64,000 nucleotides of DNA from a virus: positions 32,001-96,000 of the IMG/VR virus record IMGVR_UViG_3300005613_002762; one strand, given 5' to 3'. The translations under genes were made by a program, and so were the position numbers. A model generated the notes under the pieces. That model had not been told where the DNA came from and made no database searches. It saw nothing but the letters and a program-made list of their open reading frames with translations. This document shows, in pieces, positions 1-10,011 of this stretch. Every line of letters begins with the position of its first letter. Within the stretch, counting starts at the first letter, position 1.

Positions 1-2567
1 AAGTTACTATTATTAACATAATCAATACCTGGAGTTACAAATACATTAATGTTTGTTGCTTCAGGGTTAGCGAATGTTTGTTGTCCTAATAGATATGCGT
101 AGTAGTCAGTGTTTGCGTAGTCTTGAGTTCCATCACCTAATGCGATTTCTTTAAATGCTCCCCAACCAACTGCTTGTGGGTATCTTGATGAAGGACAAGC
201 CCCGTTTAAGAAACCACGTCTACCAATTTGGAATTCATCACCGTTTGTTCTGTATTCTCTATAGATATCCCATCCGTCAAATCCACCTTGAACTAACAAT
301 GTAAATTTACGAGCAAATATTCTATAATAAGGATCTGTCGGGAACTCAGGTTCTGTTGTAAATGTTGCGTTACCCGCCACGAATCTTGGTTGACCACTTG
401 TAGAGAACTCAGGTCCGATTGTTAAACCACTTGCGTTTTGATCCATGTGGAAACCAGCAGATCTAAAGTTAAATGGAAGACCGTCAATATCACAAGAGTT
501 AAGAGGATTTCTTTTTCCATAATATTCAAAGAAGTTTGGATCCCAACCTAATGAGTTAGAAATACCCAAATAAGTTCTTCTTACATTATCTCCCGGACTT
601 ATTAGTGAGTTATCATTACCTGATGATAAACCGAATGGTGGGTTATAAATCACTTCACCAGGGAAGTCATATTTACCTTTAATAATTGGGAATGGAGAAC
701 TTGCTCCTGCATAATTTCTAAAGTTAAATCCATTAAATCCACAAGGAAGAGCATCAATCGGAGCGTCTTCAGACATTTCAATCATAACGTAACGAGATCT
801 TAATTCGTATTCACCATCTAAAGTTCCGATTTTATTTGCGATGTAGTTGTTTTGACCCGGATCCATTGAACAATTTGTAAACTTCTCAATAACCACAGGG
901 TTAGCATCTGTATCAAAATAGTCACGAATTAACACGTCAAAAGTTAAATTATTATATGTTTGATTAATAATTGAAATTTTAAGTAAAGTATTGGCTCCGT
1001 CACCATCTGATATTGTGTAGAATCTAAATAAGTCATATACTTTATTACCTCTAAGTTCTGACACCACGAAAGGTGATGATGGTGTTTGCCATCTGTCCAA
1101 ATACCAACCAATTGAATCAGGATCTCCACTTTGAGCCGAATCTAACGCGATTAGGTTAGGGTTAAGACCTCTAATGTATCCTTTTCTCCAAGCGAAGTTT
1201 AAGAATGATTGGAAGTTTTCTTCTGCAAATACCGGAACTTCTAATCTTGGTTTTTGGAAGTTTGTAACCCCAAATACTTTTGTCCAATATTCAGCATCGT
1301 TTTGAGTGAATGAAGTTTCAAATGTATAAGGTGTTCCGAATCTATCAACAACATTAACACCAAAAGTCGAGTATGGGTTTTTAAGAACCGCAGAATATTG
1401 ACCAGTCATGTCTAAAGTTACATCAGATGTTCCTGTAACAGAATATCTTGGGTTCTCAGCGTTTGTATAAGTCGCTAAACCTCTTGATCTTAAAGTTCCA
1501 ACAACAACATTATCATAATCAACATATGATGTTCCTGTGTAATAATAAATCTTACCAACAATAGTTCCTGAATAACAATCGATATTGACAGGAGTTGGTG
1601 TTGGTGTTGGTGATGTAAATGGAACAGGAGACACACAAGGAGCCTGTGAAGGAGTTGGTGTCGGTGTTGACGAAGGTGATATTGTTGTCGTTGTTGTAAC
1701 AACAAATGGAGTCAATCCTGATACATATGTGAAGAAAGAGTATCCTGAATAGTTTGTATTTCCTGTATTAGAAAATAACGCATAATACCAAGAGTCATTC
1801 AAAGGAGAACTTAAACTAGTGTCGTCTAAAGAAACTGAAGGAACATCAAATACATTTGTTTCTCCTGTATATCCAGCACCACTTAATGTCAAATAATCAT
1901 TTGTCGCAATTGATCCAAAGTATGCAATTTGTTCATCTTCAGCTGTTGATGGGTTATTTGCGGTTATAATTCCGAAAATCAAATTTTTAATTTGGGCATC
2001 CAATGTTGAAGTGTCCCCATTAAATTCCTCATATTGTTCGTCTAATATAGTTTGAATTTCAGCAGGGAAATCAACAGAATAACCAATTGTCGATGTTGAG
2101 TTTGTACACGCCGTAAACGGAACTGTAAATGATAATTCTTTTGGTGTAACACAAACAGTTTCACATGTTGCGGTTAAAGTTTGTGAACTTAAACACCAAA
2201 CACCAATAGTTGACGGATCAACGTTAGCGACAGTTGTAACAGACCATGATGGACCTGCATCATATCCTGATAAACCAAGAATTCTAGTTACGAATAACTG
2301 ATTAGATTGTTGAAGGTATGCCTTAGCGATATACGACGCTTCATACTTCGGGATTTGAGTATTTACGAATTTTTCAGGAGATGTTCCCCCGAATACCGTT
2401 TGAAACTCGTCAAAGTTTGTGATAAAAATAGGTTCAAATGCTGGACCTATCAAAGTTTCACCCACAATACCTAATGTTGTTACACCTACACTTTGTGCTA
2501 CAAAGCTTAAGTCAACTTCAGAAGTATATACACCGGGTGAAACAAAAACCTTACTGTTAGTTGCCAT
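1..2567 (-). CDS. Contractile tail sheath protein (3' end runs off window; absent from ORF track)
   Basis: Manual translation from ATG at 2567: MATNSKVFVSPGVYTSEVDLSFVAQSVGVTTLGIVGETLIGPAFEPIFITNFDEFQTVFGG, the classic sheath N-terminus. The same frame reads INVFVTPGIDY near position 1. Confidence 0.93.
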   Translation of the reverse strand, partial: MATNSKVFVSPGVYTSEVDLSFVAQSVGVTTLGIVGETLIGPAFEPIFITNFDEFQTVFGGTSPEKFVNTQIPKYEASYIAKAYLQQSNQLFVTRILGLSGYDAGPSWSVTTVANVDPSTIGVWCLSSQTLTATCETVCVTPKELSFTVPFTACTNSTSTIGYSVDFPAEIQTILDEQYEEFNGDTSTLDAQIKNLIFGIITANNPSTAEDEQIAYFGSIATNDYLTLSGAGYTGETNVFDVPSVSLDDTSLSSPLNDSWYYALFSNTGNTNYSGYSFFTYVSGLTPFVVTTTTTISPSSTPTPTPSQAPCVSPVPFTSPTPTPTPVNIDCYSGTIVGKIYYYTGTSYVDYDNVVVGTLRSRGLATYTNAENPRYSVTGTSDVTLDMTGQYSAVLKNPYSTFGVNVVDRFGTPYTFETSFTQNDAEYWTKVFGVTNFQKPRLEVPVFAEENFQSFLNFAWRKGYIRGLNPNLIALDSAQSGDPDSIGWYLDRWQTPSSPFVVSELRGNKVYDLFRFYTISDGDGANTLLKISIINQTYNNLTFDVLIRDYFDTDANPVVIEKFTNCSMDPGQNNYIANKIGTLDGEYELRSRYVMIEMSEDAPIDALPCGFNGFNFRNYAGASSPFPIIKGKYDFPGEVIYNPPFGLSSGNDNSLISPGDNVRRTYLGISNSLGWDPNFFEYYGKRNPLNSCDIDGLPFNFRSAGFHMDQNASGLTIGPEFSTSGQPRFVAGNATFTTEPEFPTDPYYRIFARKFTLLVQGGFDGWDIYREYRTNGDEFQIGRRGFLNGACPSSRYPQAVGWGAFKEIALGDGTQDYANTDYYAYLLGQQTFANPEATNINVFVTPGIDYVNNSN

Positions 2568-2689
2568 GTTGTAAAATACTTTTTAAATTATTTATTTTTT
2601 CTATAAATACTTGGAAAAAACACAAAAACTTTACAATAAAAAAAGTATTTATAAATTGGTATGATTTTATTCTGCCTTTTTTCTGCCCT

Positions 2690-2854
2690 ATGGATAAAGA
2701 AGTTAAAAAGATAAAGAATTTAAAAATTGATGAGGATGTTCACAATGTTCTAAAAAAATATTGCGATAAGAGGGGTATTAAAATGTATAAGTTTTTAGAG
2801 AACTTAATTTTAGAAAAGTGTAAAGAAAAAAAGGATATATACGGAGAACATTAA
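2690..2854 (+). CDS. Small ribbon-helix-helix DNA-binding protein (54 aa)
   Basis: KNLKIDEDVHNVLKKYCDKRGIKMYKFLENLI fits the RHH strand-helix-G-helix pattern. ATG 2690 preferred over the track's TTG 2561, which overlaps the sheath start. Confidence 0.7.
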   Translation: MDKEVKKIKNLKIDEDVHNVLKKYCDKRGIKMYKFLENLILEKCKEKKDIYGEH

Positions 2855-3894
2855 ACTAAACTTTGAGTGAACGTAACTGAAGGTTCTTGTCCTGTTAAAC
2901 CAATAGTTATATCAATTCTTAATTCATCACCATTATTAATTTGAATAAGTTCTAAATCATCACCAACATATTGGTTATTAATAAACACAGAAAATGATAT
3001 CACATTTGTAGTTCCTTGAAGATATAAATTACAGGTGTATGCAAAAAGTCTTTCTTCAGTTGTTGCACTATTTGGGTATGAATATAAAATACTTTCTAAT
3101 TGAGGTGGTTGTTCTTTTCTTTGAGGTCGTTTTCTTGGTTGTTGATCAACTTCAAACATTTGAAAGGTTCTTGAAAGTGCTGGATAAACCTCGAATTGAT
3201 TTTCATCAATTAAAAAACCCATCATTGTAAAATCATATTTTTGAATATAATATTTTCTAGACTCCAGATCCATTGAAGATTCATCTGTAAATGCGTCATT
3301 AATGATTGGAATATAATGTCCGTTTATATTTTGATACGCTTGTCTTGAGGCAAATGTTTCCATTATTCTTTGATTCAGAGTATTGGCTTCTCTCATTCTA
3401 TTACAAACTATTGCTACCGTGTATTTTAAATCAATTGGAACTGGTTGTGGTATTTTATAAATGTCGGCTCCTTTTCTATTTCCGTCCCATGTTGGAACTT
3501 CCATATAATAATACATTCTTCTATTTGGTATATTATATTGAACTGCCGGATTATTCCCATATTTTACCTCAGGGTTTCTGATTACCGTTAAAAATGGTGG
3601 TTCTAAGTTTTTATCTATATTTTGAAAATCCCAAGTTTCAACAAACTGAGACCAATTTTGTGTTGTGATTAGTATATCAACAACAGGTATTTTTTTTCCT
3701 TCAGAAACAATATTAAATTTTTCTTTCACAAAATCTAAAAACCCTCTATCTAAATCGGCATGTAATAATGACTTAGGTAAATAAGTTCCGTCCTTTGTAA
3801 TCATATCCTTTATTTCTTCTCTTCTCGGAAGAAGAGTTTTAGGGTAATTCAAAGGTATTGTTGGTTTTACTGGTCCTCTTTTAGGTAATCCCAT
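2851..3894 (-). CDS. Tail terminator / neck completion protein (T4 gp15-like)
   Basis: PVPIDLKYTVAIV...EANTLNQRIME segment resembles gp15-like tail terminators; next to sheath and neck genes. Confidence 0.55.
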   Translation of the reverse strand: MGLPKRGPVKPTIPLNYPKTLLPRREEIKDMITKDGTYLPKSLLHADLDRGFLDFVKEKFNIVSEGKKIPVVDILITTQNWSQFVETWDFQNIDKNLEPPFLTVIRNPEVKYGNNPAVQYNIPNRRMYYYMEVPTWDGNRKGADIYKIPQPVPIDLKYTVAIVCNRMREANTLNQRIMETFASRQAYQNINGHYIPIINDAFTDESSMDLESRKYYIQKYDFTMMGFLIDENQFEVYPALSRTFQMFEVDQQPRKRPQRKEQPPQLESILYSYPNSATTEERLFAYTCNLYLQGTTNVISFSVFINNQYVGDDLELIQINNGDELRIDITIGLTGQEPSVTFTQSLV

Positions 3895-3918
3895 AATTTT
3901 TTTTAAATCTATTTAATT

Positions 3919-4431
3919 TTATAATCCTCTAAATTCATTTGGTCCGACAGGGGCTGCAATTATAGTCCTATAAAATGGTTTATACCCTTTATACGTATGT
4001 TTAATGTCTGAAACTACACGACCATCATTTACAACCGTATAATAACGAACAAAGTTTTCAGTATCGTAATAACCAACATAATCACCAAAGTCTATGTCAA
4101 TTTGTAAATCTTCTAATGTTTTTAAATAAACTGACATCGTTATATTTCCCGGCTCCACTTGATCCATTTTGGTTGTCCCAATCATTTTGTTTGTTGGTGC
4201 CGCAATTGCAACATATGCATTGAACTCAACGGGAGGTAAAAATTTTATACCGTCCTCAACAACTTCACCATAAACATCATCGGTTTTAATTTTGTTTCTA
4301 TCTATTTTATACAACACACAAGTGTAATTCATGTCACCAATTAACCACTCTTGACCCATCCCAATTTCAAGTTCAAAATCGCGATCCCCAAAAAATTTAC
4401 CTAACCTTGTTATAGGAACATTACTTTTCAT
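3919..4431 (-). CDS. Head closure / neck protein (gp14-like)
   Basis: 170 aa with DDVYGE and L..LQIDIDFGDYVGY motifs typical of head-tail joining beta-barrels; gene context. Confidence 0.5.
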   Translation of the reverse strand: MKSNVPITRLGKFFGDRDFELEIGMGQEWLIGDMNYTCVLYKIDRNKIKTDDVYGEVVEDGIKFLPPVEFNAYVAIAAPTNKMIGTTKMDQVEPGNITMSVYLKTLEDLQIDIDFGDYVGYYDTENFVRYYTVVNDGRVVSDIKHTYKGYKPFYRTIIAAPVGPNEFRGL

Positions 4432-4446
4432 TATGTTGTTTTATTG

Positions 4447-4458
4447 ATAAATATTTAT
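4447..4458. promoter_or_regulatory. Palindrome ATAAATATTTAT = back-to-back TATTTAT motifs between divergent genes
   Basis: Perfect 12-bp palindrome in the 55-bp gap between divergent starts 4431(-) and 4487(+). Confidence 0.55.
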
Positions 4459-4486
4459 TTTATCGTTATTTTTAATAAAAAGAGTT

Positions 4487-6247
4487 TTGGAAAACACAAA
4501 GTCACTTATAGAACATAAGGCCATTGAGTTATTGGGCTCGTATAGTGGTGCAAATAACTACATTCTTTATTTAAAACAAAAAAAAGAAAATTCTAAAAAG
4601 TTTTATCCCACAAGAACACAATCTGATTATATTGTTAATTATTACGATTCAGTTCCTAAAGTCGCAAGAAAGTGGGTTGATCTTGATAGTTATTTCGCCA
4701 AAAAGTTTGCAGAAGAAAAATATCTATTGGAAACTCCATCACAAATATATATTGAAAAGTTATTGGTTGAGAAAGAAAAATCTTATCACATTTGGGGTAA
4801 GTTTTTTGAAAAAGATTCTTTATCAGAGTTTTGGGTTCCTAAATCTGCACTTATTAAAACCCATAACGTTCAGAGTGTTGAGATTGATTATTCAAAGTAT
4901 TCACATAGACCTCCATTAAATCATCAAAAAATTGCAATTGAAAAATTGGCAGGATCAAAAAGATTTATTTTGGCAGATGATATGGGTCTTGGAAAAACAA
5001 CATCAACAATTATTGCCGCCTTAGAAACAGGATCCAAAAAAATATTAATTGTTTGTCCGGCTTCATTAAAAATAAATTGGCAACGGGAAATTGAAAACTA
5101 TTCAGATCGTCCTGTTTTTATTTGTGAAGGAAAAAAGTTTTCAACCGAACACGATTTTGTAATTATTAATTATGATATATTAAAAAACTTTCACGATCCA
5201 AAAAGTAAGGAATTAACTTTATTAGAACAATGCAATTTTGATTTAGTTATTTTGGATGAAGCTCATATGATTTCAAATGCTCAAGCACAAAGAACAAAAA
5301 TCATAAATAGTTTTGTTAAAAAGATTAATAGAGTATGGTTGTTAACGGGAACACCGATGACTTCACGACCTATGAATTATTACAATCTTTTGAGTATCAT
5401 CGAAAGCCCTGTCGCGCAGAATTGGATGGCTTACGCCATTCGATACTGCCAAGGGTATCAGTTTAAAGCGGGAAATAGAAAAGTATGGAATGTGTCAGGG
5501 GCTTCTAATCTTGAGGAACTAAGGGATCGAACTTCTAAACAAATTCTTAGACGATTAAAAGAAGAGGTTTTAGATTTACCTGATAAAATCATTACACCCG
5601 TTTATTTAAGATTACAATCAAAAGAATATGAAAATCTAATGGGTGAATACTATGATTGGTATGATAAAAACCCTGACGAGTCATCATCACTTACCGTTCA
5701 ATTTTCAAAGTTAATGAAAGTTAGAAAAGTAATTGCAAATGAAAAAACAAGACAAACAATTGAATTTGCTGAAAACATATTAGAACAAGGAAAAAAAGTT
5801 ATTATTTTCACAAACTTTACAGACTCACTTCAAACAATCTATCAACATTTTGGAAAACAAGCGGTTTATTTGGACGGTAGTTGTTCAAATTCAGTTCGTC
5901 AACAAGCTGTTGATCAATTTCAAAATGAAGAAAAAATAAAAGTTTTTGTTGGTAATTTAAAAGCCGCTGGCGTTGGTTTAACTTTAACATCTGCTGAGGT
6001 TGTTATTATGAATGATTTATCATTTGTTCCTGCAGAACACGCACAAGCAGAAGATCGGGCATATCGTTATGGGCAAAAATCAAATGTATTAGTCTATTAT
6101 CCTTTATATGAAAATACAATTGAAGGTGCAATTTATGATATTTTAAATAAGAAAAAAGAAATAATCAGAACCGTTATGGGAGATCAGATACCTGAAAATG
6201 TTGGTGATGTTGCAGAAGAAATATTAAATCTAATTAACAAAAGGTGA
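4487..6247 (+). CDS. SNF2/SWI2-family (HARP/SMARCAL1-like) helicase
   Basis: LADDMGLGKT (Walker A), LIVCPASL, DEAH, LTGTP, AAGVGLTLT, QAEDRAYRYGQ motifs. Confidence 0.93.
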   Translation: MENTKSLIEHKAIELLGSYSGANNYILYLKQKKENSKKFYPTRTQSDYIVNYYDSVPKVARKWVDLDSYFAKKFAEEKYLLETPSQIYIEKLLVEKEKSYHIWGKFFEKDSLSEFWVPKSALIKTHNVQSVEIDYSKYSHRPPLNHQKIAIEKLAGSKRFILADDMGLGKTTSTIIAALETGSKKILIVCPASLKINWQREIENYSDRPVFICEGKKFSTEHDFVIINYDILKNFHDPKSKELTLLEQCNFDLVILDEAHMISNAQAQRTKIINSFVKKINRVWLLTGTPMTSRPMNYYNLLSIIESPVAQNWMAYAIRYCQGYQFKAGNRKVWNVSGASNLEELRDRTSKQILRRLKEEVLDLPDKIITPVYLRLQSKEYENLMGEYYDWYDKNPDESSSLTVQFSKLMKVRKVIANEKTRQTIEFAENILEQGKKVIIFTNFTDSLQTIYQHFGKQAVYLDGSCSNSVRQQAVDQFQNEEKIKVFVGNLKAAGVGLTLTSAEVVIMNDLSFVPAEHAQAEDRAYRYGQKSNVLVYYPLYENTIEGAIYDILNKKKEIIRTVMGDQIPENVGDVAEEILNLINKR

Positions 6248-6271
6248 TATTTATTTAAAAATAGATAAATT

Positions 6272-6700
6272 ATGCCAACAAAATTAGATCAAGATCAGAT
6301 TAGTGGACTAAGTGAAGAACTTAATTCACTAGATTCAATAGACGAATCATTAGAAACAAAAATTTTTACAGAAGACTCAATTAATGATCAAGTGGACGTT
6401 GATTTACAAGGTCAAATTGATGATCTTAAAAACGCAATGTTATCTTTAGTTTTTGGAAATAGATTAGATATAATGAATGATGGGACTAGTTTAATTGCAA
6501 TGACACCAACTGAATTTGCAATACCCGTAATATCAACAACATGGACTTGGTATTTTAACTCAGATATTATTTCTGAGGGAACTTCAAGTTTTTATACACC
6601 TATGATGACAGGTGATTATAAAGCGTCCGTAAGATACATAACAAACTTAGGACCTTATATTTTAGAGTCCGATTTTATATTTTTTGAGGTTCAAAAATAA
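6272..6700 (+). CDS. Hypothetical acidic protein (short coiled coil plus beta domain), probably virion-associated
   Basis: 142-aa ORF with TATTTAT motif upstream; DESLETKI resembles repeat units of the 840-aa fibre. Confidence 0.55.
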   Translation: MPTKLDQDQISGLSEELNSLDSIDESLETKIFTEDSINDQVDVDLQGQIDDLKNAMLSLVFGNRLDIMNDGTSLIAMTPTEFAIPVISTTWTWYFNSDIISEGTSSFYTPMMTGDYKASVRYITNLGPYILESDFIFFEVQK

Positions 6701-6701
6701 C

Positions 6702-8852
6702 ATGAAAGTATCATTCAGTTACGAAAATAAAGAATTTAAAAAACATTCTGACTTTGTTAATAAGTTTATAAAACTTTTGCAACGAGAATTTCCATTAAAA
6801 AATGATTTAAAGATATTTTTTTTAAATCAAAAGAAAGGTGAAATGTCAACAGGTAGTAGAAGATCAGATAATGTTATTAAAGTTTTAGTTGGTGATCGAA
6901 TGAATAGAGACATTATGAGAACCTTGGCTCACGAATGGGTTCACGAACATCAAATGGATGTATTAAATAGAAAAAAAGGACCCGACATTGGTGGTCAAAA
7001 TGAAGATGAAGCGAACGCTTTTGCAGGAAGACTTGTTAAAATGTTTGAAAAAGAAAATCCAAATTACGAACCTAAAATGTATGAAAGTCGAGGAATTGAA
7101 AAAAAACTGAACTTATTAACTGAAGAAATATTATTAACTGAAAAAACAATCATCAAAGAAAATTTGTTGGTTGAGATGAAAAAATTTGGTATAGAAAAAC
7201 TTCCTTATTCATATTCATCTTTATCTCGGTTTATTGATTCAAAAACTATGAATGTTCACTATACCAAACACTATAAAGGTTATGTCGATAAATTAAACAA
7301 GGCTTTAAAGGATAAGGATGGTGATATGACATTGGAAGAAATTATTAGATCCATCAGTAAATTTGATAATGTTGTTAGAAACAACGCAGGGGGAGCATTC
7401 AATCACGCATTATTTTGGAAAATGTTATCCCCAAAAAAACAAAGACCACATGGTGAAGTTTATGAAAAAATCAAAAAAGACTTTGGAAATATTAAAAAAA
7501 TGAAAGACGAATTTAATCAAGCAGCCAAAGATCGTTTTGGGTCAGGTTGGGCTTGGTTATATTTGACAAAAGATGGTAATTTAAAAATAATGTCGACACC
7601 TAATCAAGATAATCCGTTGATGAATATTGTTAAAAAGGGTGGTTATCCGATTTTAGGTCTTGATGTTTGGGAACACGCATATTATTTGAATTACCAAAAC
7701 AAAAGAGACGAATACATACAAAAGTTTTGGGATGTCGTAAATTGGGATTTTGTTGAGGAGTTATATTTGTCAAAAACCAAAAAAGATAAAAAAACTATTA
7801 AAGAAGATACTTCCGATAAAGAAATTATCAATGAGATTAGTAAAACTTTTGCATTCCCATATACCGCAAAAGGATTAAGAGAACTTATGCATTCTCAATA
7901 TGAGGGTTGTTATAATAAACAATATAAGGATGGTTGTTTAGGTAGTATAGAAACAAAAAAATGCACAACTGAATTAGGTATTTTGGGTGGTGATTATTCT
8001 GAAAAAAAATTCGGAGGAACCAGTCAGTGGTCCATTATCAATAGATTCGATACCAACAGTCGTGTAAAAAAAGAAATTTACAACATTTGGTTAGAAGAAA
8101 CTGAAGGATTAACCGACTTTAAAACATGGATCAAGGATCACGCATATGATTTATTTGCAAACGATGGAATGTATTTAGATCGATTGGCAGAACCAAACAT
8201 CGGAACCATTGAAGTTGGAAAAGAAAATGAAAGTTATGCAAAACAAATAATTAGACAAATATATAATCTTAGTCCTGATCAAGAAGGAATATCGTATGAA
8301 TTATACGAACATTGTTCAGGAGATATTAACGATAGAAAGAAAGGACAAGATATTGTTTTAATCATAAAAGGGGGAGACACAATATATTTTCAAGTTAAAC
8401 CTTTTTTAAATCAAAATAATGAAATTGAATTTTTTGATGGTGGAGATAGAGGATACTACTTTAAAGTTGCGTCATGGCATAGACAAACAAAATATAAAGG
8501 AGAAAATGTCGATGTAATTTTATATGTAGACAGAACAGAAGACAAATATATAATGTTTAGAAATGATCATAATAAAATGTTAACAGTTAGTAATCCAAGA
8601 ACACAACCACCTTTTTATATATTCTATTATGAAATGCCTCTACAGAGCAACTTCAAAGTTCCTTTACAAAAAGAAACCCCTAAAGCACCTGTTAAAAAGA
8701 GTATTGCCAAAGATGTAAATAAAGAAATTGAATTTTATAAAGAAAGAATTAATTATTTCACTAACAAAATAAAAGAACTTGGAGGTGAAAATCAAGATAT
8801 AAATGAAATGATTAATTTTTATAAAAAAGAATTGTCTAAGATAATTATATAG
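6702..8852 (+). CDS. sod: Multidomain fusion: HEXXH zincin-like domain + Mn/Fe superoxide dismutase + C-terminal unknown (possibly nuclease-like) domain
   Basis: TLAHEWVH...EDEANA; SOD motifs LPYSY, HYTKH, NHALFW, FGSGWAWL, TPNQDNP, DVWEHAYY. ATG 6702 is the likely start. Confidence 0.88.
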   Translation: MKVSFSYENKEFKKHSDFVNKFIKLLQREFPLKNDLKIFFLNQKKGEMSTGSRRSDNVIKVLVGDRMNRDIMRTLAHEWVHEHQMDVLNRKKGPDIGGQNEDEANAFAGRLVKMFEKENPNYEPKMYESRGIEKKLNLLTEEILLTEKTIIKENLLVEMKKFGIEKLPYSYSSLSRFIDSKTMNVHYTKHYKGYVDKLNKALKDKDGDMTLEEIIRSISKFDNVVRNNAGGAFNHALFWKMLSPKKQRPHGEVYEKIKKDFGNIKKMKDEFNQAAKDRFGSGWAWLYLTKDGNLKIMSTPNQDNPLMNIVKKGGYPILGLDVWEHAYYLNYQNKRDEYIQKFWDVVNWDFVEELYLSKTKKDKKTIKEDTSDKEIINEISKTFAFPYTAKGLRELMHSQYEGCYNKQYKDGCLGSIETKKCTTELGILGGDYSEKKFGGTSQWSIINRFDTNSRVKKEIYNIWLEETEGLTDFKTWIKDHAYDLFANDGMYLDRLAEPNIGTIEVGKENESYAKQIIRQIYNLSPDQEGISYELYEHCSGDINDRKKGQDIVLIIKGGDTIYFQVKPFLNQNNEIEFFDGGDRGYYFKVASWHRQTKYKGENVDVILYVDRTEDKYIMFRNDHNKMLTVSNPRTQPPFYIFYYEMPLQSNFKVPLQKETPKAPVKKSIAKDVNKEIEFYKERINYFTNKIKELGGENQDINEMINFYKKELSKIII

Positions 8853-8860
8853 TTTTAAGA

Positions 8861-8867
8861 TATTTAT
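8861..8867 (+). promoter_or_regulatory. TATTTAT upstream motif (representative copy; candidate late promoter)
   Basis: 13 nt before ATG 8881; same sense-strand motif precedes at least 15 other starts (see findings). Confidence 0.6.
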
Positions 8868-8880
8868 AAAAAAAACTATT

Positions 8881-10008
8881 ATGGCAATTATCAATGAACC
8901 AGAAAGAAGTCAATTCTATCAAAAAGTTAGACATTTACTTGGAGCACCTCTTAGATCAGTAGAATTAGAGGATGAAATGATGGATACTTTATTGGAGTAT
9001 TCTATTGATGAGTATTCGCAATATGTCCAAGATTGGTTAATCGAATCTCAATGGACTTCTTTGTATAATCTAAACTTAGATACTCAATCACTATCAAGAG
9101 CGTTTATTACTAAAAGTTTGGACTTTGAAACCAGATACACATACGCATATTCTAAAATAGTGGGACTTCAAGCCGGGGGTGATTGGGAAATTAAAAAAGA
9201 TTATATTCAATTAGTCCCAAATCAACAAATATACGAAATACCTGCCGGTAGAGAAATTAATGAAGTATTATGGTTTACACCATCAACTCTTAATAATTTA
9301 ATGTTTGGTTTAGGTGGTTTTGCGGGAATTGGAACAGGAACTGGATTAGGTGGTGGAGGCGGTCTTGCTCAGATAGGTAATATGGCGGGAAGTTATTATT
9401 TGACGCCTGTGTTTGATACTTTACTTAGAATGCAAGAAGTTAATATCCAAAAAAGAATATTTGCGGGTGAGTTAACTTATTATATAACCGCACTTCCGGG
9501 AGGAAAGAAAGCGTTACACCTTTTGAATACACCTGGTGGTAAATTTGACTTTGGGAACTCGGAATTGGCAAAAGGTCAAGTTTGGTATTGGTATTATGAC
9601 ACGTCACAAGGAGATAGAGACAAATGTTTGGCCGATAACCCCGATATTATTTTATTACCATCAGACGTTCCTTTTAATAGTATGTCGTGGGATAAACTTA
9701 ATAACCCCGCTCAAGTTTGGGTAAGAAGATGGTTTGTTGCATATTGTAAAGAAACTTTAGCGAGAGTTCGTGGTAAATTTAGTGGTAATTTAAAAACACC
9801 TGATGGTGATTTAACCATGGATTACGCAGCACTATCAACTGAAGCTAAAGACGAAAAAACAAAATTAATTGATGAACTAATCGGTGCTGAAGGTCGTTTA
9901 ACGAGATTAAAACCCGAAAAAGTTATGGAAAGAGAGGCCTTATTAGCAGAAAATCTTAACAAACAATTAAAGTTTAGAGCTATGCCTCGTCAAATATATG
10001 TAATATAA
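8881..10008 (+). CDS. Neck / head-tail adaptor protein (T4 gp13-like)
   Basis: LGAPLRSVELEDE N-terminus and WVRRWFVAYCKETLARVRGKF...EAKDEKTKLIDEL C-terminus match the gp13 pattern. Confidence 0.8.
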   Translation: MAIINEPERSQFYQKVRHLLGAPLRSVELEDEMMDTLLEYSIDEYSQYVQDWLIESQWTSLYNLNLDTQSLSRAFITKSLDFETRYTYAYSKIVGLQAGGDWEIKKDYIQLVPNQQIYEIPAGREINEVLWFTPSTLNNLMFGLGGFAGIGTGTGLGGGGGLAQIGNMAGSYYLTPVFDTLLRMQEVNIQKRIFAGELTYYITALPGGKKALHLLNTPGGKFDFGNSELAKGQVWYWYYDTSQGDRDKCLADNPDIILLPSDVPFNSMSWDKLNNPAQVWVRRWFVAYCKETLARVRGKFSGNLKTPDGDLTMDYAALSTEAKDEKTKLIDELIGAEGRLTRLKPEKVMEREALLAENLNKQLKFRAMPRQIYVI

Positions 10009-10011
10009 GTT

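Noticed and set aside
944-1705. Short track ORFs 944..1129 and 1490..1705
   Set aside because: Out-of-frame fragments inside the tail sheath gene, which the track missed.
2602-2653. T4-type TATAAATA late promoter reading
   Set aside because: Ambiguous at this divergent gap, but at tandem-gene sites it would point antisense; the TATTTAT orientation fits all sites.
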